From Basidioascus undulatus (taxonomy: Eukaryota): a stretch of DNA of 62,833 nt. Below are positions 36,194 to 47,992 of this stretch, in pieces; positions within the stretch are counted from its first letter, which is position 1; every line of letters begins with the position of its first letter. Where the stretch lies: positions 1 to 62,833 of the forward strand of contig JTLS01000004.1 of NCBI GenBank assembly GCA_000826855.1, read 5' to 3'. The notes beneath the pieces were generated by a model that had not been told where the DNA came from, made no database searches, and saw only the letters and a program-made list of their open reading frames with translations. A program made the position numbers and the translations under genes.

Positions 36194-36728
36194 GGTGGCA
36201 CTTTGTGTTGGGTGAAGAGATTGGAGGCTTTTCTACACGAAACGAAATGATAATCGTATTGGGCTTCTTTCGTTGAAACTGCGTGAGATGGGTCGCTGCG
36301 TGAAGGCGACATTGGCACTCGTCTCAGAAGGCGGCTGTATTGTGGTTGTGACTGAGAATGGGATGATTTGGTGAGCATTGAAGGCATTGATACAAGGGGC
36401 CATCCGAAGACCACTGAAGGCGAAGGTAGTTGCTTGTGAGTTTATGTTTTCCGGTTCTGATTGTTGGCTCAGTGAAGGGAAAGGGATGTCGCGGCGCAAA
36501 TTGTCACAAATAGTTGAACGACCTATTGGAATTTCTTTCTGTTGTTCGCATGACAACAAAGAGGTCACAACACCGTCGCTACGCAAGTGGACGCAGAGCC
36601 GTGATTGACGTGCTGAGCAGCGGAATGCCGCTCGACTCCCTTCGATCATCATCTGCACAACCCTTGCGCCTATTGGACGGCCATCTTTCTGCATTACCAC
36701 TTAATCAACACACAGGCTTTTACCAAGC

Positions 36729-37301
36729 ATGTCTTTTCCCACTGAGCCGATCGTCAATCCTGTCATAGCAGGTCACTGTCAGAACTGTGCCGCTCGCGCG
36801 ACGATGGACGGTCCGCAGCTCAGAGTGTGCGGTCGCTGCATGGACGGTGGGTCTGGCGTTCCGCAAGCCTTACCTTACGATGTGTAATACGGCTAATGGA
36901 GGATAAGGATTCAGTTGCGTACTGCGCCGTCGAATGCACGCCAGCACTGGCCCCTGCACAAGGGCATATGCGCTGACAACGCGCTGTGTCTGCTCCTTGA
37001 TTCTGCCAGTATTTGCGGATCGTCAGTAGCTATTGTCGGGATGCCCGAACACAATGACCTAACGCTGTCCTTAAACCATTCGTTTAAAGCCGCACCCCCG
37101 TGGTCTGAGCCAAGTAAGTGCAAAAATGGCAGAGTTCCACAAAAGACAGTCCGGCAGCGGCGCTTGGCCACCTTGACCACCCTTGTCTGTCGGCCTAGCC
37201 TGGAAGCAATCGCAAGCGCACCAAGCTGTACCGCAAAGAGTGTACAGACCTACCAAGTTCACGCAAGCGATGCATTCGAAAGAGCCACACGCTCAGCGTA
37301 G
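36729..37301 (+). pseudogene. MYND-type zinc-finger protein, frameshifted
   Basis: MSFPTEPIVNPVIAGHCQNCAARATMDGPQLRVCGRCMD / intron / VAYCAVEC, then a frameshift near 36938, then RQHWPLHKGIC. 3' end approximate. Confidence 0.7.
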
Positions 37302-38759
37302 TCAGGAAGAGAGATTACGTCAGCAGCAGGCGCTCGCGGTCCAGAGGTGGCCTTTTTTGCCCGCGTTGCAGTGTTTGTGTAACAGTGTTTGTGTATGAAG
37401 TGATGGTGAAAGAAGTGGCAGTTTGAGATGTTGAGTAATCCTCGAAGTGGGGTCTTGAGGTGTATGCGACGCTTGCACTTTCAGGTGTAATGCCTTAGTG
37501 GAAGATGGCCGCTGCACTCCAGTGGTTTACCCCTTGGGTGCGCATGCGGCGGTCCCCCACTGAATGGTTGGTTTCCATCATTGTCAGGGCGCAGGCCTCG
37601 ACAATTGTTGGACGAGTGTGCTGGTATAATAATGCGGACAGTATGGCTTCACATATCATCCAATACCAACAACCAACCATTCGTAGGTGGATAGGGACCG
37701 GTTAAAGCGTTGCTGCGCCGGGGGTCCATGGCGACCATCGACTTTTTGGTTCTTTCTTCAACACATTGCGGACAGACTTAGTCGCTTGCTTTTCTCGGAT
37801 GTTATGCATACAGATCTGGGCTGGATAAAGCACGCAGCACACTTCCACTCACATACATACCCAATTGAAATCCACGTCTGTCAGCGCGGACGGCATTTCA
37901 GCTTGGCACACCGGACCGACATGAAAGCGGGCCACATCGCACATCACACAGATAAAAATCCATGTCGGTTCAGCCTTGATTGATTGACGCGGGGCCGATT
38001 ACGGTCTTTGGGGATAGATGACCTATGTGGGCCGGAATTGGTGCGGCGTTGAGGAGGGCGAGGGGAACAGTTGAAGGCTTTGTGTACTGCAAAGCTTATT
38101 TTGTGTGGCCTGGGGTGCCAAGGAACATGCAGCAGTGTTGTGTGGATGGGAATGTACTAGATGAAGACTTGCTGCAAAGGCGATTCGAACATGCGACCTC
38201 GAATTCAAGCGTGGAGACGGGCGCAACCTTGCAGTTGCACCCGGCCTCAACTCCGGACTTCGCCGTGTTTGGACGCGTCGTCGTCGTTCAACCTTGGTCT
38301 TCCCCCGTGCCGTCTTTTGCTCTCACTCTCAATCGGCCTATGCTCGCAGTACACCTTGAGAAGGCCTTTGGCAACGCATCCAAAGGCGTTCAGCATGCTG
38401 ACCTCGACATCGACGCGTGCAGCGCTCATCTGCAGTGTCGCACACCCGAGCACATCTCAACTCGCTCGCACGGTGCTTAGCCCACCACAGCTGGCTTTCC
38501 CAGGCCTCCTCCGCTTCCCCTTCGCGCTCAAACATTCCCTCCAACCGTGGACCAAGGAAGGCCGCAAACTGACATGATTACCCTCCTTCCCCAGGCAGGC
38601 ACAGCTTCTTCGCGGCGATGGTGCTGCTGAAGGTTGAGAGGATGAAGGAAGTGACGTACGAGACTGAAATAGTTTTCCACCTCGATGAGTGTGTGGTTGG
38701 GTGAAGGTCCTCAACATCTCTGCACTTCGCCTCTTACTCGCAATCCCGACCCACACACG

Positions 38760-40712
38760 ATGTCTCGTCAGAAGAAGTCATCATCCGCCCCTGCGGCACC
38801 CAGCATGCCCCAACGCAAAACATACTATCTCACCTATCCGCCCAGGCCCTACTTCGCCCAGATCGACCGCGCGGTCTTCCGGCATTCGTTCGTCAATAGG
38901 ACCCGCAGACGACGCTGCATGGCGCGGCGCCGGAGATGGCGCACCGGGAGGACGTCGAGCACGTACACTACATTCTTCGCTGTGCGGGCAATACAAAATG
39001 ACTGCAGTCGTCACTCTCGCTTATAACCAGTATTCTTTGGGAAACGTACTGATCGTTTCTCATAGGCTCTCTCCTCCACCTGACGACGCCGAGTCCGAGT
39101 CCGAGTCCGACCTCCCCCTCCCCCATTGGCTACGAAAAGTACACCCTCCGCACACCCAACCCTGCGTACCCGCCCTCCACACTCGCATCCCTCTCGTCGC
39201 TGCAGACGTCCGCTGCGGATGCCGACCCCCAACCGAAGGAAGAAGTCCTCGCGGATTTACTGGGCGCTGACGGGGAAGGGCGGAACTGCTGCAACGATGT
39301 GGGAGGGATGCGCGGGCTCAGCGACGAGGAGCAGAGCCGCTTCCCGGAGCTCAAAGCTCGCCTTCTCGGGGGCCGAATCCCGCCCCCGTCCTGTCCAGGA
39401 GTCCCTGAACTCGATCGAAGCTTTGAAGCTTTCCTCCCCCTCCTTTTGAACAAACGGAAGGCGGCCTTCACTGCTGCTCAGCGCGAGGCCTACGAAGCCG
39501 CAGCTCGGCATCAAGCTAGCCTACCGCAACCGCCTCACTCTTACGGGCCGGTCCAGCACCCTTTCTTCTTCAGGGAAGGTCCTCATACCGGCCGTCGCAT
39601 GCTTCCTCATACTCGTATACCACTCACTCTCTGCGTCCTGACTTTTGCTGTCTCGAATCTACACATCATTGCCGCACGCCCCGCGCTCAATCCCACGCTC
39701 GTCACGCCCACTGCCCCGCGTCTGCAGCCCTATCCGACGAAAGTCTGTCATACTGACGAGTAGTTTGAGGCTGTCGCCTCGACCTTCCTTCCGGACGATC
39801 TTGGCTGGATCGACAGCGACGACATGCACGGCCGGCACGCTGTAATTCCGACCTACAGCCGGGACCTTCTTCTGCACTCTGAGCACGAGCAGTCCAGATC
39901 AACCGGTCTAAGCAGACGAAATCCCTCTAGTACCAGCCTGCATCCTACCGTGCAAAGGAGATTGCGCAGTCTCGAGCGTTTCCTCCGGAGGAATACTCGC
40001 CCCAAGTGCTTGAGCTGATGAAACGCTGTCTCGGCTACGACGTCCTGTCCCAGCCGCCCAATCTAATCCTACTCGAGCGCCGCAACCTCACCTTTGCGAT
40101 ATGCTCTCAAGCTTGGGCAAATTCCGCCCGGAATATCTGTGTAGCCTGGAGCTGAACGGCGAGCGGTGGAGGGCAACGGAAGACCGGCCAGCCCGCCCGC
40201 TGCTTCCGCAGGCCCTGGGATCTGGGTTGTGGGTGCGTAGATTCCCTAAAGCTGGAATCAGCCCGTTCGATATAAATACGGTGTGCCTTCAGTGCCTCTC
40301 CTTACATTCAATGTCCGTCACACGCTGACACGCCCTGCTGTGGTCTTCGCAGCCATTCACAGCGTATTGTCAAACACTTGACCGCCCGGGATTATACACT
40401 GATGTACTCTTGCCTGATCTCCGCCACTACCCGATGAACTCTTTCACACAAAACGGCCCAGATGCGGTGCACCTCTGGTCGCTGCACTTCGAGCGTATGG
40501 GAGACGGACTTTGGTGCCCCCTTCGTTCGACTGTGGAGGCAGCGAAGGCTGCAGGATTCATTCGTGTACCCATCGCACACAGTCGTGGTAACCAGCATAT
40601 CCGAGTTGCATTTTCAGGATCTTGCGCGGAGTGTGCTGGAATTGGGTGCTGCGTCATGTCGTGGGAGGAGGCGGTCGAGGAGGGGTTGGTGATCCGCGGG
40701 TGGTGGGCTTGA
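38760..40712 (+). pseudogene. Degenerate multi-exon hypothetical gene
   Basis: Coding-like fragments (MSRQKKSS...YYLTYPPRPYFAQIDR; GLSDEEQSRFPELKARL; HLWSLHFER..GLWCP; CVMSWEEAVEEGLVIRGWWA) are linked by splice-like signals but do not join without frameshifts. No family recognised. Confidence 0.3.
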
Positions 40713-41909
40713 TCTGCGACGCCAAGCGGATGCATGTGCACTGAATGCCTCTTGCTTGACTTCATCTGGCTGCTTTCGTTGTTTAGATTGATACCAATGC
40801 CGAGAAACAAGTTGCTGTTCAAACACACACATCCACAAACAGATTGCGATTTCAAATAAAAGCGCCCTCTGCGCACGCGCGAAGTCGTAGCAAGCTCGAG
40901 GCCCAGCGCGAGGGCTCGGGCCCCGAGTTCCAACCATTCACAGGCGGATAGGAGCTGGCAACGGTGTAGCGCGCGAGTGGTCAATGGCGACCATCAACTT
41001 TTTGCTCCAAGTACTGATGCATTTCTTTCCTTTATTTTACACAGCTGTGGACCAGAAAGGCAACAAAAAATACCTAGTGCTTGAAAAAGGGGTGCCAAAT
41101 GAGAGGTCGTTCATGCATGAGACCTTGCAGCTTCACTCAGCAGCCTCGTGAGTATTCTACAAAGCCGCTGCTTTTAGGACGGTCAGCGTGAACAAAAACC
41201 CGCACTTTACAAAGTTCCAGGATGGGTGCTCATTGTCAACTCCCGCTCGACCGTTGCGCTGAAGCCACGAGTTGATATGCCGCAGCATGGAGGCACGGGT
41301 ACGCCGTGTGCGCCGCTTCCCGACTCACTCGTGTCAGAGGTTGGTAAGAGCATCCCAACACTTCCGGAATCCCTTCAGTTATATCCCGGATAAGGCGTGA
41401 AGCACGACACAAGTCATTTGGCAGCACGGCCGCTGCCTGACTGAGCGTGCATGGCCTCACTTGCCCAGCTCTAACTAAAGGTGAATCTATGATATGTTGT
41501 ATCTTCGTTGACCTTCGAGCACTTTGTGGAAAGACTAACTGCCATCTCCGAGTGATTCTGCTTTTCCTTGCCTCTGCGGTCCTTTCTGGCACCCTCGGTC
41601 GGCACGCACCCTCCGCGGTTCCTCTCAAACACGACGAACTGTGAATAGAACCTCCCGGACTTTCTTCAATGGAACCATTTCTACCAAGACTTTGCGCGCC
41701 TCCAAGCCGGGTGCGCGCCCCTGGGTCATTTTCGACAAGTGATAAGCCTCGTCAGCTTGATGACGTTCGAGCCGGCTCGATCTCGACGTCCAAATCCAGG
41801 TCGCCTTCCTGCTCTTCTCCCCTTTCTCTCGACCCCCATCTTCCTCAACTCCTCGGGACTTCTCAGTGGCACTCTAGACTCATTTGCTCCTATCGCTCGC
41901 TTCGAATTT

Positions 41910-43448
41910 ATGCCGGCCACTCGCTCCGCGTCCGCCTCGCTCAAGCGGCCCCTCTCCTCGAGTTCGCTCTCCAGCGTCCCCTCAACGCCTCCCCAGAAAC
42001 CCAAGCGAGTCCGCACCCCCAAAACCGCCTCTATAACTCCCACTCCCGACGGCGTATCGCCGTTTAAGCCGACTCCACAGCAGCTGAAGAAGGCGACCCT
42101 GCTCAGCTCGCACGGCACCTCGCGCTTCGCGTCCTTCGCCAGCCCGACGCACGAAGAGTGCGAGGCTATCGCGGACGCGCTGGCGGCGTGTAACGGAGGG
42201 ATGCCGGTGAGGCCTGAAAAGCTGGAGAACAACCCGGAGAGGGCGGGGTGCGGTGCGGTCACTAGCGGTGAGTCGCTTGCGCTTCTTCTGCTGGGTGCGT
42301 CGGGGAAGCTGACAGTGTGATTGCTGGATGGCAGTGTTGGATGCTGTTGTGCGGACTGTGCTTTCTTGCAACACCTCAGGTGCGTCCACTAAGTTGCACT
42401 CCTAGAATCTTTCCCCAGAACTTGCGTTACACTCGACACCGACGCTCTTATCCTCATTGCACTTCATCAGACCGCAACTCCTCGGCCGCCAAGAGATCTC
42501 TCGACCTTGCCTTTTCGCGCCAGCCTACCGAGCACGGCCCTCTCTCCGACTCCGCCTTCTACGCGCGCGTCGCAGCCGCCCCCGCGTCCGACATCGCCGA
42601 GGCGATCAAGTGCGGTGGGCTGGCGAAGAACAAGTCCGTGACGATCAAGAGCGTGCTCGAGCTGTGCGTGTCGTCGCCCGAGGGCCGCGGGAAGCACAGC
42701 TTGGAATGGTTGCGGGAGAAGAGCGACAAGGCGGTGATGGAGGTGCTGCTGGGCGTTAAGGGTGTGGGCCCGAAGGTCGTGTGCGTGATGTTTGCCTGTT
42801 CTTCCTTCGATCGTCGGCTGGCTGACAGACCGTTGACCTTCTTTAATCGAATAGCGCATGTGTACTCCTCTTCGCCATGGGCCGAGACTCTTTCGCTCTC
42901 GATACGGTTCGTTACCTTATCCACATTATCCTTTCGCACCCCTTGCCTGCGTCCTTGCCGCTGACCTGCTTTCTCTTATTCTACTGCCCTTTCTCATCTT
43001 GTAGCACATTTACCGCCTCGGTGCGCAGCTCGCATGGTTCCCTCTCAGCGCGTCACGCGAGGACGCCCAAGCGCATCTGGACGTTCGGATCCCCGACCAC
43101 CTCAAGTGCGTTTCACCTTCCCCTTCCTCCTTTTCCTTCCATCTTCGCGCTCTCCCGCCATCGATAGACGTATACTCACGAGGTCATCCGTCTTTGATCA
43201 GATACCCGCTCCACATTCTCCTCATCCGTCACGGCAAGACCTGCGCGGCGTGTCAAGCCAAGGGGTCGAAGGACAAGAGCGCCCGGGAGGGGTGTCCGCT
43301 GCTCCCGTTCAAAGGAGGGCGGTGGAAGGGCGCAGGGGTGAAAGCGGAGGGGAGTACGGAGCAGACGAAGAGCGCTGAGGTGAAAAAGGTGGAGGAGGTG
43401 CTGGAGGAGATGAAGACGGAGGTGAAGGCTGAGGGCCTGGACGCTTGA
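41910..43448 (+). CDS. HhH-GPD superfamily DNA glycosylase (endonuclease III-like fungal family)
   Basis: SPTHEEC..., VLDAVVRTVLSCNTS-DRNS, IAEAIKCGGLAKNKS, SLEWL, LLGVKGVGPKV.ACVLLF (HhH), FALDTHIYRL (catalytic Asp) and YPLHILLIRHGKTCAAC. Confidence 0.92.
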
Positions 43449-43828
43449 TACATCTGACTCGTTTCCTACTCTCCTTCTGTCTGATTATTCTTGATTCAAT
43501 ACCTGCAGGCTTAACATCGTAGATTGAAAGCTCGAGTTAAAAAGGTTTTGCAACGTGGTTTAAACGCTCAGACCGCACGGTTCAATGGCGCAAGCATTGC
43601 CGTCGGTCCCACCGAACCTATAGCGCTACGTGATGCACTTATGAACTGGGTAAAAAATTGTGCAATGTTCTATATAACTGGAAGGCTGAGTTTCCATCTG
43701 TGGGGCAGAGCGGAGCCAGTTGGGAAGGCGCTGTAGCGACTGGGCCGTCTGGCCAGCTTCCAGTAACGGAAAAGGATTATACACGAGCGCACAATTTCGC
43801 GGATTAAATACTTAATAATATTAATGTA

Positions 43829-44583
43829 TCAATGCAAGTAATATTGCCGCTCGGGGACCGTGACACTTGTGCTGCTCCCTGAAGCCTGATGAACAGGTTC
43901 CAAAGGCCTGATCACCTCACTCCCCACAAATCCAGAATTGCCCCCTGGCACTGCTGCTACGTCCACTCCAGGGCCCGGCCCTGGACCCTCGTCCAGCTTG
44001 TGCCATTCACCAGCGCCTCCCTCTGCACGACTACGTTCGGTAGTCCTGCGTTGACGCCGCCTCCAGCAGACGCCACATAGGACACACAGAAAAACAAGAC
44101 CGGACGCTCCGAAGATGGAGCCCATTATGACTCCGAACTCTTCGAGAGGCGAACAAGGTGGCCGTATTGGAGAGTTTCAGAGTCGCATGCGGAGCGCAGG
44201 GGTGAAGTAGCAAAACGCACTGGCGTCATCGGAAAGCCCGCCCGACTTGGGCTCCTCGGCGTGCTCGCAGAGAAAAAGTTGCCGAAGTATCGTTGCCTTC
44301 CCAGGAAGGCCTATATTTGCTCTGGGTGGGTGGGTCGGCCGTGGTCAGCCGTGAGTAATGAAAGGTGACAGGGGACACGGCAACAGAGGTGAAAGGGTTA
44401 CACTCACAAGGACCCACATATCATATCGTTGAGCCTGTCTGCGGCCCTGAGGCAGGCAAAGCATCTGTATGAGTATCCTGATTGCCCATATGTGGTCGTT
44501 TCTGCAACGATTGGACCAGCTTACGCTACGGCAGTGGCCATGGCACATAGCAGGCCAACGACAGCTGGTCTGAAAAGGAACAT
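43829..44583 (-). CDS. Small type-I membrane protein-like gene, possibly decayed
   Basis: Signal-like MFLFRPAVVGLLCAMATAVA followed by a GTAAG donor, then Cys-containing exons and TM GVIMGSIFGASGLVFLCVLCGVCW with an RRRQRR stop-transfer. The middle exons do not join cleanly. Confidence 0.35.
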
Positions 44584-45005
44584 AGCGGACTGGGTGCTGG
44601 TGTAAAGGTTCCAGATATAAATGGGTAACTGGAGACCGGGAATGCAATGAGCAGAATCGAGGTGAAGTCGAGAGCATGTACGGCTGGTCAGAAGAGCCCG
44701 AGAAGAGCCGTTCGGACCGCACGGGAAGATGGTGTGTCTCGGTGGCTAGCTCTTAGATCGGCAACGCTTGGCGATGTCTTCCAAAAGTTACTATGACACC
44801 TGGAGAGGTGTAAAGCGCGGTATCCGGTCCAGGGCGGTTTCGAGATGCAAGTTCACCCCCTCACTTGTCATCAAGAGAGCAGGACAGAGGTGGCTTTTTG
44901 GTACTTTGCTCGTTTTTCCAGCTGCCAAGGCAGTCGCAGTCTATAAATACCATAGGGCTCGCTAGTGTTTACAAACAGCCCAAGCTCTACGCGGGGGCCT
45001 CCCGC

Positions 45006-46030
45006 CTACAGCTTGATCGGCTCCCTCGTCGACCCGACTAGAGTAGCGTTGCTGCCGCTCCGGTCAAGTGCGACACCTTGCACAACAGGCGCAAGGGTTT
45101 TTCCACCTTCCAGTTTCCGCCCGCTTCCGTTTCCAGTCTTGCGCCGTGCCGCGTTCCGCTTCTCCAATGCGCTAAGAAGCAGAGCAATGCAAGCGACGAG
45201 CCCGAGGCAGCCTGCGATACTGCCAATGACAATGCCCGCAACTTTTCCCCGCGAGCTCAATTATGGCCGGAAGGGAAAAGCGGGCTATCTGAAAGGCACT
45301 TACTTGCGCCGCCTGAGAAGCGTCCGGGTTTGGGGGGATGGGCTTGGTAGCAGATGAAGAGCTGGTTGAGAACCGCCGCCTGGCCTTGGAGACCGGACCT
45401 GTGTGCATGGGAGGCTCGTGAGTGAGAAAAAGGAGATAGTGTTCCTCCTAAGAGTCAAAGGAGCTCTTACAAAGATTGGCAGATCATGTTGTCCTGGCGT
45501 GTACCTCTCGCCGCAGAGTTGGACGCTGCTCTGCGGAACGTGTAGACCGTCAGGGATCGGTTGTTCCATAAAACGTGCAGCCTGGTTGTCGGATTTACGT
45601 GGCGGCCAATGGAAGTAGCATCATGGAGTTTGACATGGTTGATTTGAAGGTGCTCAAGCGACAGTGGAGGAAGGCAAGGAAGAGGGTGTCGAACCACTTC
45701 ACTGCAGATATAAGACACACCTTCCAAGACACACAAGGCGGGGAGCCTCCCGCAACTGTCTAGACTAGTACTTTGAGCTGTGCTGGACACAGCAAAATTC
45801 TGGGAACCGGCTGGTCCGAGCCCGCGATTGAAGTCGGGTGTCCATTGGAGCTGCGCGTGGTCAGAATAGGCAAAGTCGCACGACTGCTTTGAACGGAACA
45901 CTGAGATGTAACATCAATTAGCCGAGGGCTTTCTATCAACTGCCACCAGAGTAGAGCGCACTTTTCTAGCGCTTCAGGAGGAAGCGGTACGGCGAGCAAG
46001 TCAGAGTGTTGTATTGTCTGAACTCGTCGC
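45006..46030 (-). CDS. Second small type-I membrane protein-like gene, possibly decayed
   Basis: Cys-containing exon fragments and a Ser/Pro linker (STSSSSATKPIPPNP) precede LSSRGKVAGIVIGSIAGCLGLVACIALLL and a basic tail. 5' end unresolved. Confidence 0.35.
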
Positions 46031-46384
46031 CACATGACCTTACACCGCTTGCTGAAACATATATTTCGCTTTGAAATTGACATTTTAATTCCAGAAGTGT
46101 AATTATAGCAGGATTCGATGCATGTATCAACATGCCGCCTGGACTGCGTGCAGGCTGCCTACTGGAGCCATACATAAATTGTGGCATGCAATGTCGTGTC
46201 AAAAGCTGCCTCCAAACCACGTTCATGGGCAGCTTCAATTATATTTGCAAAGCGTTTAGAGATTCGAACAGAAAGTTGTGTCCATTGCATTTGGCCGGCA
46301 TCGCCTAATTAGACCGAAAGTGAGAAGTCTGTCTGGCTCTCAAACATCATAGAGAATTGTTGCCGGACCGCTGCGAATACAGGC

Positions 46385-47785
46385 CTAGCACATAAACCGC
46401 AAGATCTGCCTCGTACGACTGTTCGAGAATGCGCCGCATCTCCCGCCCTCTTTCCACACCATGAACGCTTCGAGCTCAGTCGTCCCGAACCTGTGACGTG
46501 CGTATGAGGGTAGGTCAGGCATACAGAATAAGGAGTCCAATTGCTCCACCGCTTACTTGATGAGGACCTCGAAGCCAGCAGAGACGTAGTATCAACGCTT
46601 CTCTGCGTTCCACGGTTGCTCCGCCTTCTTGGCAACCTAGTCGAGATTGCCCTGCACTGTACAGGCTGGGATAAATCCCTTGGATTTTGCCTCAAAGGTG
46701 TGGGCATAGTAAGTGTGTACGGCGCTGCACAAGATTCAGAATTGGATCAGAAAGGAACTGACCCAGGGATCTTCAGAGTACCGCTCTCGATACCGAGCTC
46801 GGCGTTGGAGGTGAAGCGGGGCGCCAGATGTCGTCCCCTTCCGAAGCGAACTGCCGCTTCTTCATCTCGAAATCGCGGTGGAGTGAGTCCATCTTGCCTG
46901 GCTTGGAGTACTCGCTTCCCGCAAGCTTGCCTACCCATTCATTCCCGCTAGATGAGTGGTCCGACGATGTTCTGCCAATGCACGAAGGAGTGACTTGCCC
47001 ATGAGATACTTTTCGGCTTTCTGGTTGACGACGACCGGCTCCCATCAGGCGGCCTTCTCAACACTCTTTCAGTTGACAGGGAATCTCGATTCTAGGCATG
47101 GAATGCTCACAGTCCGGTTGCGAAGCCTCGCGTACACGCGAAGGGTTGACTTTGTCGCAACATAAGCTAGAGAAAGGAACTGTCAACTCGTGGCCTGCAG
47201 TAGAAGCATAAGTTGTGCGAACCAGATGTGTCAAACGTTCCGCCCCGAGCGTCGCAGACGATGAGGATATCTCCGCTGTGTTGGGGCAGTAAATCTGTGA
47301 GCTTTGTATGTCGCCGGAACAAGCTGAGGATTGGTCTCTCACCTTGATTGAGCAACTACAGATAACTGTGTTCCTTCAATACATCTTTGGGGCGGCGGGG
47401 TAGTACATCTCAACCAAGGAGAGCTGCGGATCCGACGGCTGAACGAGCATGAAGACCACGGCTACGCTCGTTCTCACCCACCCCAATGGCTGGGAAGGAC
47501 GCGAACAAGCTCGTTCTGTCAAAGCAGGCATCGTCTCAGAGAATATTGCGAGCGAGCAGGTTTGTTTTGTTACGGAGGGCGAGGCTGCCTTGAATTGCTG
47601 TTTGGACGCCAAGGTTCTCGCTTCGATGTGTCAGAGTGAGATACACACAAGTAAACATGAAGATGGCGGACAGCTAGCGCCAGTTGAGAGTTGAGTGACC
47701 AAGGGAGGCGCAACTCACTACACCTGACGCTCTTTTTGGAACGGTTTCGACGCAAAGGAAACATCGTTGTGATGGCGTCCTTCAG
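46385..47785 (-). pseudogene. Atypical Hsp70 (HSPA12-like actin-fold ATPase) copy 1; deleted, with stops and an internally inverted exon
   Basis: The minus strand carries GDILIVCDARGGTFD, GKLAGSEY...DFEMKKRQF, LGIESGTLKIPG and FGTTELEAFMVWKEG. The plus strand at about 47354-47626 carries LVLTHPNGWEGREQ...FVTEGEAA, with stops TAG 47401 and TGA 47440. Nucleotide similarity to the 57140-59790 copy is visible by eye. Confidence 0.8.
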
Positions 47786-47992
47786 ATCGTTGAGCTGGAA
47801 TGAGTTGAGTGACCCTTGCAGCGGAATATTTCACGAGGCGGATGCTTTGCGGCGAGCCTTAGCTGATTCACCTTAGCTGATTCGTTTCATCGTATACTAG
47901 GTAATTGGAAAGATCCGTACCACTTTTTCAGGACAAATTGAAAGACACTCGCGGACGGCGCTTAAGCTTCCGCCTTCCTCATTCCCACCAAG

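Noticed and set aside
39280..39500. GLSDEEQ...QREAYEAAA as an HMG box or mating-type factor
   Set aside because: Only a short helix-like resemblance; the HMG core (PxNxF...W) could not be assembled.
47331..47702. 11/13 inverted repeat TTGGTCTCTCACC / GTTGAGTGACCAA as the cause of the exon inversion
   Set aside because: Homology to copy 2 places the breakpoints at about 47354 and 47626, not at these repeats; the left one is the intron donor region.
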